Positions 37,459-47,777 are shown, numbered from the stretch's first letter. The stretch: 60,052 nt of DNA from an uncultured Eubacteriales bacterium (GCA_964541375.1 CAZIPT010000004.1:1-60052); one strand, 5' to 3'. Program-made: numbers and translations. The notes: a model not told the origin generated them from the sequence alone.

Positions 37459-37683
37459 GGAGCCTCCGTCTGTCGGCAGAGCGATACTTCGACGACCGCT
37501 CGGTGCAGCAAAGGGTCAGCCAGAACGACTGACGCTTCTGGCGGAGATCGTTTCACGGACGCCGTCCGCCGCGACCGCCGCATCGTCGCCGGGCTCGCGT
37601 CGAAGCCCCCGCTGGCATGTCGTCCCGCGCGCCTGTAGTGTGCCTCTCGGAAACGGCAGACCGCATTGGAGTGGCAGATCGGC

Positions 37684-38181
37684 ATGGATATCTCGCAGAT
37701 CACGCCCCGGCTCTTCATCTCGTCGTGGCCGCAGCGCGGTGAGTCCCAGGACTTGGCGGCTCTGGGAGTCGAGCTCGTCATCAGCATGACCAGGCGCGAG
37801 CCCTATCCGGAATTCTGCGCGCAGCCTCTGAGATGGGTGCATGCGCCATCCATAGACTCTCCGATCACTCCTATCCCCATGGCGCGGTTCCGCACCGGCA
37901 TCGAGGCGGCTATTCCCGTGCTGGCCCAGGGCGGGGCCGTCCTGTGCCACTGCCGAGAAGGCCGCCACCGCGCCGTCGCCATGGCGTGCTGCATCCTGAT
38001 CGCTCAGGGGTGCTCGGCGGAGTCGGCGATGAAGCTCGTCGAGGCAGGACGCGTGGTCGCTCGGCCTCGGCACTTCTGGATCGCGGCCCGTATCAGGAAG
38101 TTCGAGCACCTGTGGTTGACCTCGCTGCGTGACGAACTCCAGCCGCCGGCGGCCATCGCTGAAGACGCTTGCCGCAGCTAG
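37684..38181 (+). CDS. Dual-specificity protein phosphatase family protein
   Basis: HCREGRHR CX5R loop. Confidence 0.85.
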   Translation: MDISQITPRLFISSWPQRGESQDLAALGVELVISMTRREPYPEFCAQPLRWVHAPSIDSPITPIPMARFRTGIEAAIPVLAQGGAVLCHCREGRHRAVAMACCILIAQGCSAESAMKLVEAGRVVARPRHFWIAARIRKFEHLWLTSLRDELQPPAAIAEDACRS

Positions 38182-38203
38182 CTCTACGGCCGAGGCAAAC
38201 GCC

Positions 38204-38524
38204 CTATCGCTTCAGCGGGCCGCGCCAGGCCGACGTCCCGCCGGAGACGTTGCGCACGTTGGAGAAGCCGGCCTTCATCAGCCGCTTCGTTGCCCGGGCG
38301 CTCCGGTTACCGCTCTGGCAGATGACCAGGATCTCGGCATCCGGGTCGAATCGCGTCACAGCCGACTTGGGCAGCCCACCCAGGGGCAGGTTGATCGCCC
38401 CGGGGACGTGACCCGCAGAGAACTCGCTCAGTTCGCGTACGTCGATCAGCGTCGCCGAGTCACCCTTGAGCTCCTGAGCGAGCTGGTCCACGCTGATGCT
38501 CTGCACGCGAGGTCCGAAGAACAT
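38204..38524 (-). CDS. Rhodanese-like domain protein
   Basis: LIDVRE...GHVPGA...CQSGNRS. Confidence 0.9.
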   Translation of the reverse strand: MFFGPRVQSISVDQLAQELKGDSATLIDVRELSEFSAGHVPGAINLPLGGLPKSAVTRFDPDAEILVICQSGNRSARATKRLMKAGFSNVRNVSGGTSAWRGPLKR

Positions 38525-38564
38525 GTCCCACTCCCTTGTCGGCCTTTCTCAGCCGAATCGCCTA

Positions 38565-39521
38565 TCAGCCCAGCGGTTCTTCTACCGGAACCGGGTCGGG
38601 GCCCGACTCCGCGAACACTACCGCTCCCACGATCACCGCGCACGCGGCGAGTTGTATCCACGACAGCGACTCGCCAAGCAGCGCCCAACCCGCCAAGAGC
38701 GCGATCGCGGGTATGAGGTTGATCGCCAGCGACGCACGGCTCGCGGGCAGTAGCTTCAGCGCCGAGTTGTAGAGCCCGAACGCGCCGAGACTCACGGCGA
38801 CTCCCAGATAGGCGACGCATACCCACGCCACCGGTTCCGCGTCGATCCACGTCAGCGGGTTGGATGCGAACGCCATGGGTGCGAAGAAGACGGCTCCGAC
38901 TGCGGCTTGCAGGCCGGTGATCAGCCAAGGGCTGTATCGGCGGCTCAGGTGCTTGGTCGCGAGCATGGAGCCAGCCGCGGCGACCATCGCGAGGAGTTCG
39001 AGGGAGTTTCCGAGCAGCGGCGCCGAGGCGTTCTCCTGCGCGTTGCCGCCAAGCGACAACGCGGCGACACCGGCGAGTGAGAGAGCGATGGCCACCGCAC
39101 CCCGCCAGGTCAGTCGTTCGTGCAAGAAGAGCCAGGCGCCGCCCGCGACCAGCAGCGGCACGATCGCCGAGATGACCCCCGCCTGACTGGAGGTGGTGAA
39201 CTGCAGCGCGAAGCCCTCGAAGAGGTAGTACAGACACGGAATGCAGAGTGCGGCGAGCAGCAGCACCTTCCAGTCCCCGCGCCGGTAGTCGGGCCGCGGA
39301 ATCCGGCGCCAGAACGGGGCGAAGACGAGTGTCGCGACGATCATGCGCAACCAGATGACGGTCATTGGCGAGAAGGAGCCCAGCGCGGTCTTGAGAGCGA
39401 CAAAACTCGTGCCCCAGAAGAAGACTGCGCCGCCGAGAAAGAGCAGCGGCAGGATGGGGCGACGAGGTTTGGCGTCGGTCAAGCGTGCCTCCGGGTCCGT
39501 ATGCGTGTACCAGTCAGTCAT
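38565..39521 (-). CDS. DMT/EamA family transporter
   Basis: Duplicated EamA halves, FWGTSF, about 10 TM. Confidence 0.9.
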   Translation of the reverse strand: MTDWYTHTDPEARLTDAKPRRPILPLLFLGGAVFFWGTSFVALKTALGSFSPMTVIWLRMIVATLVFAPFWRRIPRPDYRRGDWKVLLLAALCIPCLYYLFEGFALQFTTSSQAGVISAIVPLLVAGGAWLFLHERLTWRGAVAIALSLAGVAALSLGGNAQENASAPLLGNSLELLAMVAAAGSMLATKHLSRRYSPWLITGLQAAVGAVFFAPMAFASNPLTWIDAEPVAWVCVAYLGVAVSLGAFGLYNSALKLLPASRASLAINLIPAIALLAGWALLGESLSWIQLAACAVIVGAVVFAESGPDPVPVEEPLG

Positions 39522-39662
39522 TGTCGCAGACGGGCGGGCTACTCGGCGGTTCAGGATACGAACGCCGCCGAGGAGGGAATAGCAAAGCTACGGAGCGGCC
39601 TCTTGCGACTGCAGCGGTGGGGGTCTGATCGCGGGGCCGCGTTCCGAGAGGTGGCAATCTCA

Positions 39663-42038
39663 GTGCGCATCGCACGGGATACAGATCGGCTTCGACCAGC
39701 GCCGGGCACCGCCGTCGGCGGTACCGTTCCCACGCGCTACCCCCAGGCGGTGGGGACGTTCCGTTGGGACATGAGTACGCACGAGCTGACGCTGTCCTCG
39801 GAGATGTTCGGGATACTGGACTTCGACCCCGCAGAATTCCATGGCGAAGCGCGCGAGCTCCTGAATACCCGAGTTCACCCAGACGATCTGGAGACCGTTC
39901 GTTCCGCCGCTCATCGCGTACTCGAAGGCACGCGAACCGACCCCATAGCCTTCCGGGTTGTCACCTCTGATGGCCACGTGCGAGTGGTCTGGGTCACTGC
40001 GGAGATCGAGCGCGATCAGCAGGGATTGGCCACCGCGCTGGTCGGGCACGTGGTCGACATGGGCGAGTTCCACATGCATCGGCGCATCGCAGAGGCCCGC
40101 CTTCGAATCCTCGACTTCGCGCCCGATCACACCTTGGATGAGCTACTCGAAAAGACCCTCGATGAGGCCGAGGATCTGTCCGGGAGTCGTATCGGGTTCT
40201 ACCACTTCGTGGACACGGACCAGGTCAATCTGACGCTTCAGAACTGGTCGACGCGAACCAAGGCGGAGTATTGCAAGGCCGGTGGCAAGGGCGAGCACTA
40301 TCCCATTGCATCTGCAGGAGTCTGGACGGAGTGCATCGGCACCAAGACGCCGGTCATCCACAACGACTACGCGAACCTAAAGGGTCGCAAGGGGCTGCCG
40401 GAGGGGCATGCCGAGCTGGTACGAGAACTCGTCGTTCCCGTGATCCGCCAGGGTCTTGTGTGCGCAGTTCTCGGGGTCGGCAACAAGCCCTTGGACTACG
40501 ACCAGTCCGACCTGGAAGCCATCGCGATGCTTGCGGATCTCGCCTGGGACGTCGCCGAGAGCAAGATCGTTCGCCAAGCCCTCGAGCAGAGCGAGAGTCG
40601 CTACAGGATGCTCTACGAGCATATGAACGAGGGCGTCGTGTTCCAGAGGGCCGACGGCACCATCCTCTCTTCGAATCCGGCCGCTCAGAGAATCCTCGGG
40701 CTGACCGAGGACGAGTTCACCTCGCGAACTTCGCTCGACCCGCGCTGGCAGTCGGTTCACGAGGACGGATCTCCCTTCCCCGGCACCGAGCATCCGACAA
40801 TGGTCGCTTTGCGCACGGGACTGCCGGTGCTCGACGTGACGATCGGGCTGTACAACCCCGTCGAGAACAGGCGCCGATGGATGATCGTGAGCGCGGTACC
40901 GCTGTTCAGACAAGGAGAGTCGGATCCATACGAGGCTTTCGTCACGCTCACCGATATCACCGAGCTGAAGGAGTCGCGCAGAGGCGTCGACCGCACCAAC
41001 GAGCTGCTTCTGGGGCTGAGAGATGCGACCACCCATCTGCTTGCGCACCATGACCTCGGCGAGAATGACGTCACTGCGGCCCTGCAAGCAATCGCTGTGT
41101 CCTCCAACGTGGACTGTGCTTACATCCACGAGGACCGTGAGGGGGCTAACCCGGACTACCTCGATGGCGAGGGATGGTTCGCCTGGTGCCGAGAGGCCGG
41201 TGGGGTTCGCGAGCCTCCCGCACAAGCCGAGCGTCTGTCGTCGTTCAAGCGCTGGCGGGACAGTTTCTCGGCCGGGGGTGTTGTGAGTCTTCGGGGTGAT
41301 GAGGTCGCTACCGAGGAGACCTCGGTAGCCCGAGCGCGCGGAGTCGTTTCGGTGCTGGCCGTTCCGGTCTTCTCTGACGAGCGCCTCTGGGGTTGTCTCG
41401 TGCTCGAAGCGTCGGGCGAGCCTCGGAGCTGGGAGCCCAGCGAGATTGAGACCGTTCGCAACGCGGCGAGCCGGCTCGGAACGACTATGGAACTCAGCAG
41501 CCGCGCGCTCCGCGATTCGCTCACAGGACTCTACAATCGGCGCTACTTGGGCGAGATGCTGGTCCAGACGCTTGCCCGGGCGCAGCGCGAAGGCTCTCCA
41601 CTGAGCGTCGTGTTCTTCGATATCGATGACTTCAAGTTCGTCAACGACAGTCATGGTCATTCGGCAGGCGACCGCGCGTTGCGCGAGGTGGCGACGCACC
41701 TCTTGAAGCACACCCGAGCCGAGGACACAGTCGCGCGTCTGGGCGGAGACGAGTTCGCGGTTGTGATGCCCAGCGCGACCGCCGAAGACGCGCTCAAGTC
41801 GATAGAGCGCTGGCGTATCTCGGTTGCGACCAACAGCACATCATGGGGTATTGTCGACGGCCTACGTCTGACCATCTCGGCGGGCGTTTCGAGCACGGAC
41901 ACTGCGAATTCGGTCGCGGAGCTGCTCGATCAGTCCGACCTGGCGATGTTCTCGGCAAAGAACGCGGGACGCAATCGCGCCGAGATCTACAGCGAGGCCA
42001 CTCCCAAATTGAGGACGGCTACAGCACCCTCGAACTGA
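39663..42038 (+). CDS. PAS-GAF-PAS-GAF-GGDEF diguanylate cyclase
   Basis: DSLTGLYNRR, RAED I-site, GGDEF; start at GTG 39663 is an estimate. Confidence 0.9.
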   Translation: MRIARDTDRLRPAPGTAVGGTVPTRYPQAVGTFRWDMSTHELTLSSEMFGILDFDPAEFHGEARELLNTRVHPDDLETVRSAAHRVLEGTRTDPIAFRVVTSDGHVRVVWVTAEIERDQQGLATALVGHVVDMGEFHMHRRIAEARLRILDFAPDHTLDELLEKTLDEAEDLSGSRIGFYHFVDTDQVNLTLQNWSTRTKAEYCKAGGKGEHYPIASAGVWTECIGTKTPVIHNDYANLKGRKGLPEGHAELVRELVVPVIRQGLVCAVLGVGNKPLDYDQSDLEAIAMLADLAWDVAESKIVRQALEQSESRYRMLYEHMNEGVVFQRADGTILSSNPAAQRILGLTEDEFTSRTSLDPRWQSVHEDGSPFPGTEHPTMVALRTGLPVLDVTIGLYNPVENRRRWMIVSAVPLFRQGESDPYEAFVTLTDITELKESRRGVDRTNELLLGLRDATTHLLAHHDLGENDVTAALQAIAVSSNVDCAYIHEDREGANPDYLDGEGWFAWCREAGGVREPPAQAERLSSFKRWRDSFSAGGVVSLRGDEVATEETSVARARGVVSVLAVPVFSDERLWGCLVLEASGEPRSWEPSEIETVRNAASRLGTTMELSSRALRDSLTGLYNRRYLGEMLVQTLARAQREGSPLSVVFFDIDDFKFVNDSHGHSAGDRALREVATHLLKHTRAEDTVARLGGDEFAVVMPSATAEDALKSIERWRISVATNSTSWGIVDGLRLTISAGVSSTDTANSVAELLDQSDLAMFSAKNAGRNRAEIYSEATPKLRTATAPSN

Positions 42039-43470
42039 GCCTCGCAAGCGCGTTGCGCAGCCGCTGCAGGCGTCCCACACTATGAGCATCGTCCAGGGTG
42101 TACTCCTGGGAGCTTGCCAAGTCCTCTTCGTAGATGGCGTCCTGCGAGGCGGCGACCCCTTCGTCGTAGAAGAAGATGCTCAGCTCGTCGTGCAGCTCGA
42201 AGCTGCGAATGTCGAAGTTCGTGGTGCCGATGACGGCTACCGATCCGTCGATCGTCATCGTCTTGGGGTGGAAGAACCCGGCCTGGTACTGAAAGACCCT
42301 GCCACCCCCGCGCACGAAGTCATCAAGGTAGGTGAACGCCGCCCACCACGGGATCTTCTTGTCGGGAACGCCCGTCATCATCAGACGCGTTTCGACGCCG
42401 GCGAGCGACTGGGCGATGAGCGCGTCCTCGATACCTTCGTCCGGTACGAAGTAGGGCGACTGGATCTGCACGCGCTTCTCGGCGGAGGCGATAGCCAGGA
42501 GGTAGGCGTTGCGCACTGCCGCCCACCGGCTTTCCGGGCCGGAGTTCGCAACCTGCGCCCAGACTACGTTGGTGGCGACTTCGTCGTCGACGGCCGGGAA
42601 GTAGCGTGGTTCGAAGAGGCTGTGGCGCGTGGCGCGCAGCCAGCGGATGGCGAACAGCCGTTGAAGGTCGGCAACGAGTGGGCCGCCAAAGCGGACGTGC
42701 GTGTCGCGCCACGAGTTGTAGCGCGGCTTGCCGTCGATGTACTCCTGCCCCATGTTCATGCCGCCTGAGTAGGCGACCCGACCGTCCACCACCACGATCT
42801 TGCGGTGGTTCCGATAGTTGAGCTTGGTCCACTTGGCTGCGTCCGCCGAGACCCCGGCGCCCGCCTTGCGCAACGCCTTCAGCTGGCGCTTTCCGTAGGT
42901 GATCGAGCCCACCCAGTCGTACAGCACGCGAACCTCCACGCCCTGTCGCACCTTCTCGGCGAGCAGGTCGCAGAAACGGCCCGTGAGCGCGTCCTGCTCC
43001 CAGATGAAGTACTCGAGGTGAACGTGATCGGTGGCCCCCTCGATGTCGGCGTAGAGGCGCGCGAACTTCTCGGCGCCGCTGGGGAAGATCTCGAGGTCGA
43101 TGCAGGGGAGCGGCTCCGTGCCGCCTTGCGCGCGGATCGCCGTGATCAACCGGCCGATGAGAGGCGGGTCTCGACGTTCGAGCGCGGCGATGTCCTGCGC
43201 GTAGCGTGCGTAGACGGGTGCGAGCATCTCATCGCCCAGCCTCAGCGCTTCGACTCGAAGGCGGTCGTTTCGCGCGATGAGGCGCCAGTTGCGTCCGAAG
43301 AGCACGTACGCGACGACCCCGAGGCCGGGAAGCAGCAGTAGGATCAACATCCACGCGAGGGTGGTCGAGGGGTCTCGCTCTTCGTAGATGAGCGTGAGCA
43401 TGACCCCAAGGATCACCGCATAGAATGCGATGCCGAGGAGCCCGTAGTTTTGGACGGCGGCGAAGCTCAT
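42019..43470 (-). CDS. cls: Cardiolipin synthase
   Basis: Two N-terminal TM; two HKD motifs (HRKIVVVD, HPKTMTID). Confidence 0.92.
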   Translation of the reverse strand: MSFAAVQNYGLLGIAFYAVILGVMLTLIYEERDPSTTLAWMLILLLLPGLGVVAYVLFGRNWRLIARNDRLRVEALRLGDEMLAPVYARYAQDIAALERRDPPLIGRLITAIRAQGGTEPLPCIDLEIFPSGAEKFARLYADIEGATDHVHLEYFIWEQDALTGRFCDLLAEKVRQGVEVRVLYDWVGSITYGKRQLKALRKAGAGVSADAAKWTKLNYRNHRKIVVVDGRVAYSGGMNMGQEYIDGKPRYNSWRDTHVRFGGPLVADLQRLFAIRWLRATRHSLFEPRYFPAVDDEVATNVVWAQVANSGPESRWAAVRNAYLLAIASAEKRVQIQSPYFVPDEGIEDALIAQSLAGVETRLMMTGVPDKKIPWWAAFTYLDDFVRGGGRVFQYQAGFFHPKTMTIDGSVAVIGTTNFDIRSFELHDELSIFFYDEGVAASQDAIYEEDLASSQEYTLDDAHSVGRLQRLRNALARLSSRVL

Positions 43471-43582
43471 GCCAACGAGTCTACCTGAAGAAAGCGTCGG
43501 CTCATCTGCGGGTATAGTGAATGGCACGGTGTAGAATCCAGCGCGGGGGCGACGCAACCTCCACGACCATCGAGGAGGAGCC

Positions 43583-44167
43583 ATGCATCAAGGAAGCCGC
43601 ATCGCGAAGGCGGTCTGTGGGGTGGCCTTGTCGGCGACGCTGGTGTTCGCGTTTCAGGCGCTCGCTGCAACGGCCGCAGTCGCGGCTCCCGGTGATGCGC
43701 CCGTGACGAGTCTGGAGGAAAGCCCGTCGGTCACCCCGACGCCCACTACGCCTCCCGCGCCCGTCGACAAACGCCCGATCGCGCCGAGTTTCGTTCCCAA
43801 GCGGGGGAAAGCGATCTTCCTCAACCGTGCGAAGCAGCGAATCTACCTGTACGACAACGGTCGGCAGATCGACACGTTCCTGTGCTCGACGTCGCACACT
43901 CTGCCCAGGCGCGGCACCTACTACTACAAGTTCAAGCGCCCGGCATCAAGCGCCGGCTCGGTCACGTTCAGGTGGCAGACGGTGTTCACCAAGGGCCCAC
44001 ATGGAGGCAACATCGGCTTCCACACGATCCCCGTGAACAGCCGCGGTCACGAGATTGCCCCCGTGGGCAAGCCGGTCTCGCACGGCTGCGTGAGGTGCCC
44101 AAAGAAGAAGGCGTACTTCCTCTACCGATGGATCACTAAGAAGACGCCGATCATCGTTCGCCCGTAG
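43583..44167 (+). CDS. L,D-transpeptidase (YkuD family), secreted
   Basis: IGFH...SHGCVR; signal peptide. Confidence 0.88.
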   Translation: MHQGSRIAKAVCGVALSATLVFAFQALAATAAVAAPGDAPVTSLEESPSVTPTPTTPPAPVDKRPIAPSFVPKRGKAIFLNRAKQRIYLYDNGRQIDTFLCSTSHTLPRRGTYYYKFKRPASSAGSVTFRWQTVFTKGPHGGNIGFHTIPVNSRGHEIAPVGKPVSHGCVRCPKKKAYFLYRWITKKTPIIVRP

Positions 44168-44185
44168 CTCGCAGACTAATCCGCG

Positions 44186-44611
44186 CTAGGCCTCGGCGAC
44201 CTCGACCAGCGTGATGTCGAAGGTCAGGTCCTGCCCCGCGAGCGGGTGGTTGAAGTCCAGCGTTACCGACTCGTCGCTGACCTCGGCGACGATCGCCGGG
44301 ACGCGCTGACCTTCCGGTCCGGAAAGCTCGACCGCCCAGCCCACCTCAGGCGCCTCGGGGAACGCCGACAGCGGGAACTGCTGCAGCCCCTCATCGTCGT
44401 GCTCGCCGTAGGCCTCTGCGGCCGGAATGGTGACAGTGACCGACTCGCCGATTTCGAGGCCGAGAACAGCCGCGTCGAATCCGGAGATGACCTGGCCCGA
44501 GCCCACCACGAACTCGAGAGGCTCGCGCCCTTCGCTGCTGTCGAACTCACTGCCGTCGGACAGGGTACCTCGGTAGTTCACCTTGACGGTGTCTCCGGAC
44601 TTGGGTGCCAT
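44186..44611 (-). CDS. FKBP-type peptidyl-prolyl isomerase (SlyD/FkpB-like)
   Basis: FDSSEGREPL, AYG, DFNHPLAG motifs. Confidence 0.92.
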   Translation of the reverse strand: MAPKSGDTVKVNYRGTLSDGSEFDSSEGREPLEFVVGSGQVISGFDAAVLGLEIGESVTVTIPAAEAYGEHDDEGLQQFPLSAFPEAPEVGWAVELSGPEGQRVPAIVAEVSDESVTLDFNHPLAGQDLTFDITLVEVAEA

Positions 44612-44752
44612 GGAATGCCTCCCTGAGGCTCAAAGGTGGGTGCGTTTCTCGCCGACACTGTACAGCACCAAGGGGCTCGCGTCGCGTCGACGCCGGAGTG
44701 TGCGCCGGGTGCCGGCGGGGAATACAGGAGTGGGGCCGGGCATCGCCCGCCG

Positions 44753-44830
44753 TTCGACAAAGGGCTGCCGTTGGCGTACAAGTGCTCAGTGCATCCGCAG
44801 GTGATCGGCACGGTGACCGTCCGCGAGTGA
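44753..44830 (+). pseudogene. Cupredoxin C-terminal remnant
   Basis: FDKG...YKCSVHPQVIGTVTVRE* resembles YxCxxHPxMxGxVxV, with no upstream part. Confidence 0.4.
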
Positions 44831-44899
44831 GCGGGCTTGTCGGCGGCCTCTCGTGGGCCACCGGTGCCCGTCTGCGATGAGGGACGAGCGAGGCGTTTG

Positions 44900-45118
44900 A
44901 TGGAACGAGATCCGTACGCGCCCGTCAAGGGCAAGTGCATCTGGTGGCGCGAGTTCCCCGTCGCAGAAGACGTGTGGGACGTGCGGCTCAAGGACTCTCA
45001 GAGGACGATCTCGTGCTCATGCTTCGTGGAGGGCAAAGGCTGGATCTTCACCCGAGATGAGCTGCCCGCGGAATGCCCCGACTCGCGCGCCTGCCGCTAC
45101 TACATCAAGAACATCTGA
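44900..45118 (+). CDS. Small Cys-rich hypothetical protein (72 aa)
   Basis: ATG after GAGG; GC-ending codons; 5 Cys. Confidence 0.65.
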   Translation: MERDPYAPVKGKCIWWREFPVAEDVWDVRLKDSQRTISCSCFVEGKGWIFTRDELPAECPDSRACRYYIKNI

Positions 45119-45169
45119 TACTCAGGCGCTTGATGAATCGAACGATGTCCCGATAGGAGCTACGTCTGC

Positions 45170-46879
45170 ATGCATGTCCGCGACCTCCCCCACGGCCGAA
45201 AGCTGTCGATTCTGGCCGGCGTTCTATTGGCGATGCTGCTGGGTGCGCTCGACGCGACAATCGTCGGACCGGCGATGCCCAATATCGTCCGCGAGTTGGG
45301 CGGTATGTCGCTGCTGTCGTGGGTGTTCACCATCTACTCGCTCACCTCGACCATCACTATCCCGATCGTGGGCAAGTTGTCCGACCTCTACGGCCGCAAG
45401 TGGTTCTATCTAGGGGGCATCACGCTCTTCCTGGCGGGTTCCGCGCTGTCGGGAGCGGCCGGTGAGCCGTGGCTGAACGCGACCTTCACGTCCCTGACGG
45501 GCGCGCCCCAGCAGATGTTCCAGCTCATCTTCTTCCGAGGAATCCAGGGCATCGGTGGCGGCGCGATGATGGCAAACGGCATGGCGATCATCGGAGACCT
45601 GTTCGAGGCGCGGGAGCGGGCCCGTTACCAGGGGCTCATGGGAGCGGTCTTCGGCCTCGCTTCGGTGCTCGGGCCGCCCCTGGGAGGCTGGCTTACCGAC
45701 TCGTACTCGTGGCGATGGATCTTCTACATCAACATCCCGATCGGCATCGTCGCGCTGACCGTGCTGGCGGTGACCATGCCGCGCCCGGAGCCCGGTCAGC
45801 AGCACCGTATTGACTGGTGGGGCGCAGCCGCACTCACGGCCGGGCTGGTGCCGCTGCTTCTCGCGCTGAACTGGGGCGGTTCGGTCTACGCCTGGGGGTC
45901 CGGCCAGATCCTCGGTCTACTCGGCGCCGCTGCGATCGCGCTGACCGCCTTCGTGTTCCGCGAGCTCAACGCGTCTGAGCCGATTCTCGACGTGACGCTT
46001 TTCACGGATCGAAGCTTCTCGGCGAGCATGACGGTGCTGTTCCTCTCCGGCGTGGGCATGTTCGGCTCGATCATGTTCCTGCCGACGTTCATGCAGGTCG
46101 TCCTGGGCAGAAGCGCATCGAGCTCCGGCAGCCTTCTCATGCCGATGCTCATCGCGATGATCGGCTCCTCGATCCTGACCGGCCAGCTGATTGCGCGCAC
46201 GGGGCGCTACAAAGCGTTTGGGCTGGTGGGGATGGGCGTGGCGGCGCTCGGCATGTTCCTGCTCTCAACCATCACCGCAGATGTGAGCGGCCTGAGCCTC
46301 GCCATCTACATGGTGCTGGTGGGCGCGGGCATCGGCTCCACGATGCCACTGTTCACGATCTCGCTGCAGTCGCAGTTCCCGGCGCGAATGGGCGAGGTCA
46401 CCGGCGCGCTGCAGTTCTTCCGCTCCATCGGCGGAACTGTGGGTGTCGCCCTGCTCGGCGGGGTCATGAACGCGACCTTCGCACGCGAACTGGGCGTGCT
46501 GCTCACGGAGCAGAAGGCGAACTTCGGCACCGCGTACCCCATGCTCGCCAAACTTGCCGAGGAGCCCGGCAAGCTGCTCAATGCCGGAGCGATGCAGGCA
46601 CTTGCGGCGTCGCTACCGCCGGCCGCGAAGCCACTCCTGCAGCCGTTCTTCGAGGACGTGAAGGTCGGTCTGACCACCGGGATCGCCACGGCCTTCCTCT
46701 GGGGCAGCGTGCTGATGGCGCTGGCGTTTGTGGCGATGTGGTTCGTGCGCGAGACGCCGCTCTTCGCCAAGCCTCACCTCGACACGGCCGCCGAGATCGG
46801 TTCCGAACTCTTCGCCGAGGAGGCCGTACAGCCCTCCGAGCACGAGCCCCATGCGATGGGCGAGACCGATGCCGACTAG
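45170..46879 (+). CDS. DHA2 (EmrB/QacA) family MFS efflux transporter
   Basis: LDATIV, GKLSDLYGRK, RGIQGIGGG, WRWIFYINIP motifs. Confidence 0.92.
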   Translation: MHVRDLPHGRKLSILAGVLLAMLLGALDATIVGPAMPNIVRELGGMSLLSWVFTIYSLTSTITIPIVGKLSDLYGRKWFYLGGITLFLAGSALSGAAGEPWLNATFTSLTGAPQQMFQLIFFRGIQGIGGGAMMANGMAIIGDLFEARERARYQGLMGAVFGLASVLGPPLGGWLTDSYSWRWIFYINIPIGIVALTVLAVTMPRPEPGQQHRIDWWGAAALTAGLVPLLLALNWGGSVYAWGSGQILGLLGAAAIALTAFVFRELNASEPILDVTLFTDRSFSASMTVLFLSGVGMFGSIMFLPTFMQVVLGRSASSSGSLLMPMLIAMIGSSILTGQLIARTGRYKAFGLVGMGVAALGMFLLSTITADVSGLSLAIYMVLVGAGIGSTMPLFTISLQSQFPARMGEVTGALQFFRSIGGTVGVALLGGVMNATFARELGVLLTEQKANFGTAYPMLAKLAEEPGKLLNAGAMQALAASLPPAAKPLLQPFFEDVKVGLTTGIATAFLWGSVLMALAFVAMWFVRETPLFAKPHLDTAAEIGSELFAEEAVQPSEHEPHAMGETDAD

Positions 46880-47777
46880 GCGCGCCGCCTCCGGCACAGA
46901 CTCCGGCGCGCGCGATCTCACCGGATTCGTGGCCCTCGTCGCCGAGCAGGGCCGCGAGCTCTACCGCGACTTTGCCTGGCGTCGGACCCACGATCCCTAC
47001 GCGGTGCTCGTGAGCGAGGTCATGCTGCAGCAGACGCAGGTCTCGCGGGTCGAGAGCCGCTTCGATGTGTGGCTCACCGACTTCCCCACGCTGGAGGCGC
47101 TCGCGGCCGCACCCCTTGAGGCCGTACTCGAGTCGTGGCAGGGCCTGGGATACAACCGGAGAGCGATCGCCCTCAAGCGGGCCGCCGAGCAGGTCGTCGA
47201 CGACTCCACCCCCGCCGGTCTCGGGCCGACCACGCGGCCCGCCGACGAGGCCGCCCTGCGCGCGCGGCCCGGCATCGGCCCCGCGACGGCGGCCGGCGTG
47301 CTCGCCTTCGCTTTCGGCCAGCCGTCGGTCTATCTGGAGACCAACGTGCGTACGGTCTTCTTGCACGAGCTCTTCGCCGACCGCGACGGCGTCCCCGACA
47401 GCGAGATCGTGCCCCTGGTGGCGGGCTCGATCGAGGAAGCGGTACGGCAGGGTGTCTCGGCACGCGAGTGGTACTACGCCCTGCTCGACTACGGCGCGCA
47501 CCTCAAACGGACGCTGCCCAACCCGTCGCGGCGAAGCGCCCATCACACGCGGCAGTCCAGGTTCGAAGGTTCGCGTCGGCAGAAGCGAGCCTGGCTCCTT
47601 CGGGCGGTGATGGCCGGACCGGGCGATTCCGCTGAGGATCTCGCCCACGCGCTCTCCGCCTCCGAGCGAAGCGCAGGCCGTGACTCCGTACCCGCGGATG
47701 ACGTCGCCGGCATCCTTGCGGCGCTTGCGCGCGAGGGATTTGTGGCCGAGCGGGACGGCGGCTGGTTCATCGCCTGA
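46869..47777 (+). CDS. mutY: A/G-specific adenine glycosylase (short MutY without Fe-S motif)
   Basis: WRRT.DPY.VLVSEVMLQQTQV, WQGLGYNRRA, HhH PGIGPATA. Confidence 0.85.
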   Translation: MPTRRAASGTDSGARDLTGFVALVAEQGRELYRDFAWRRTHDPYAVLVSEVMLQQTQVSRVESRFDVWLTDFPTLEALAAAPLEAVLESWQGLGYNRRAIALKRAAEQVVDDSTPAGLGPTTRPADEAALRARPGIGPATAAGVLAFAFGQPSVYLETNVRTVFLHELFADRDGVPDSEIVPLVAGSIEEAVRQGVSAREWYYALLDYGAHLKRTLPNPSRRSAHHTRQSRFEGSRRQKRAWLLRAVMAGPGDSAEDLAHALSASERSAGRDSVPADDVAGILAALAREGFVAERDGGWFIA

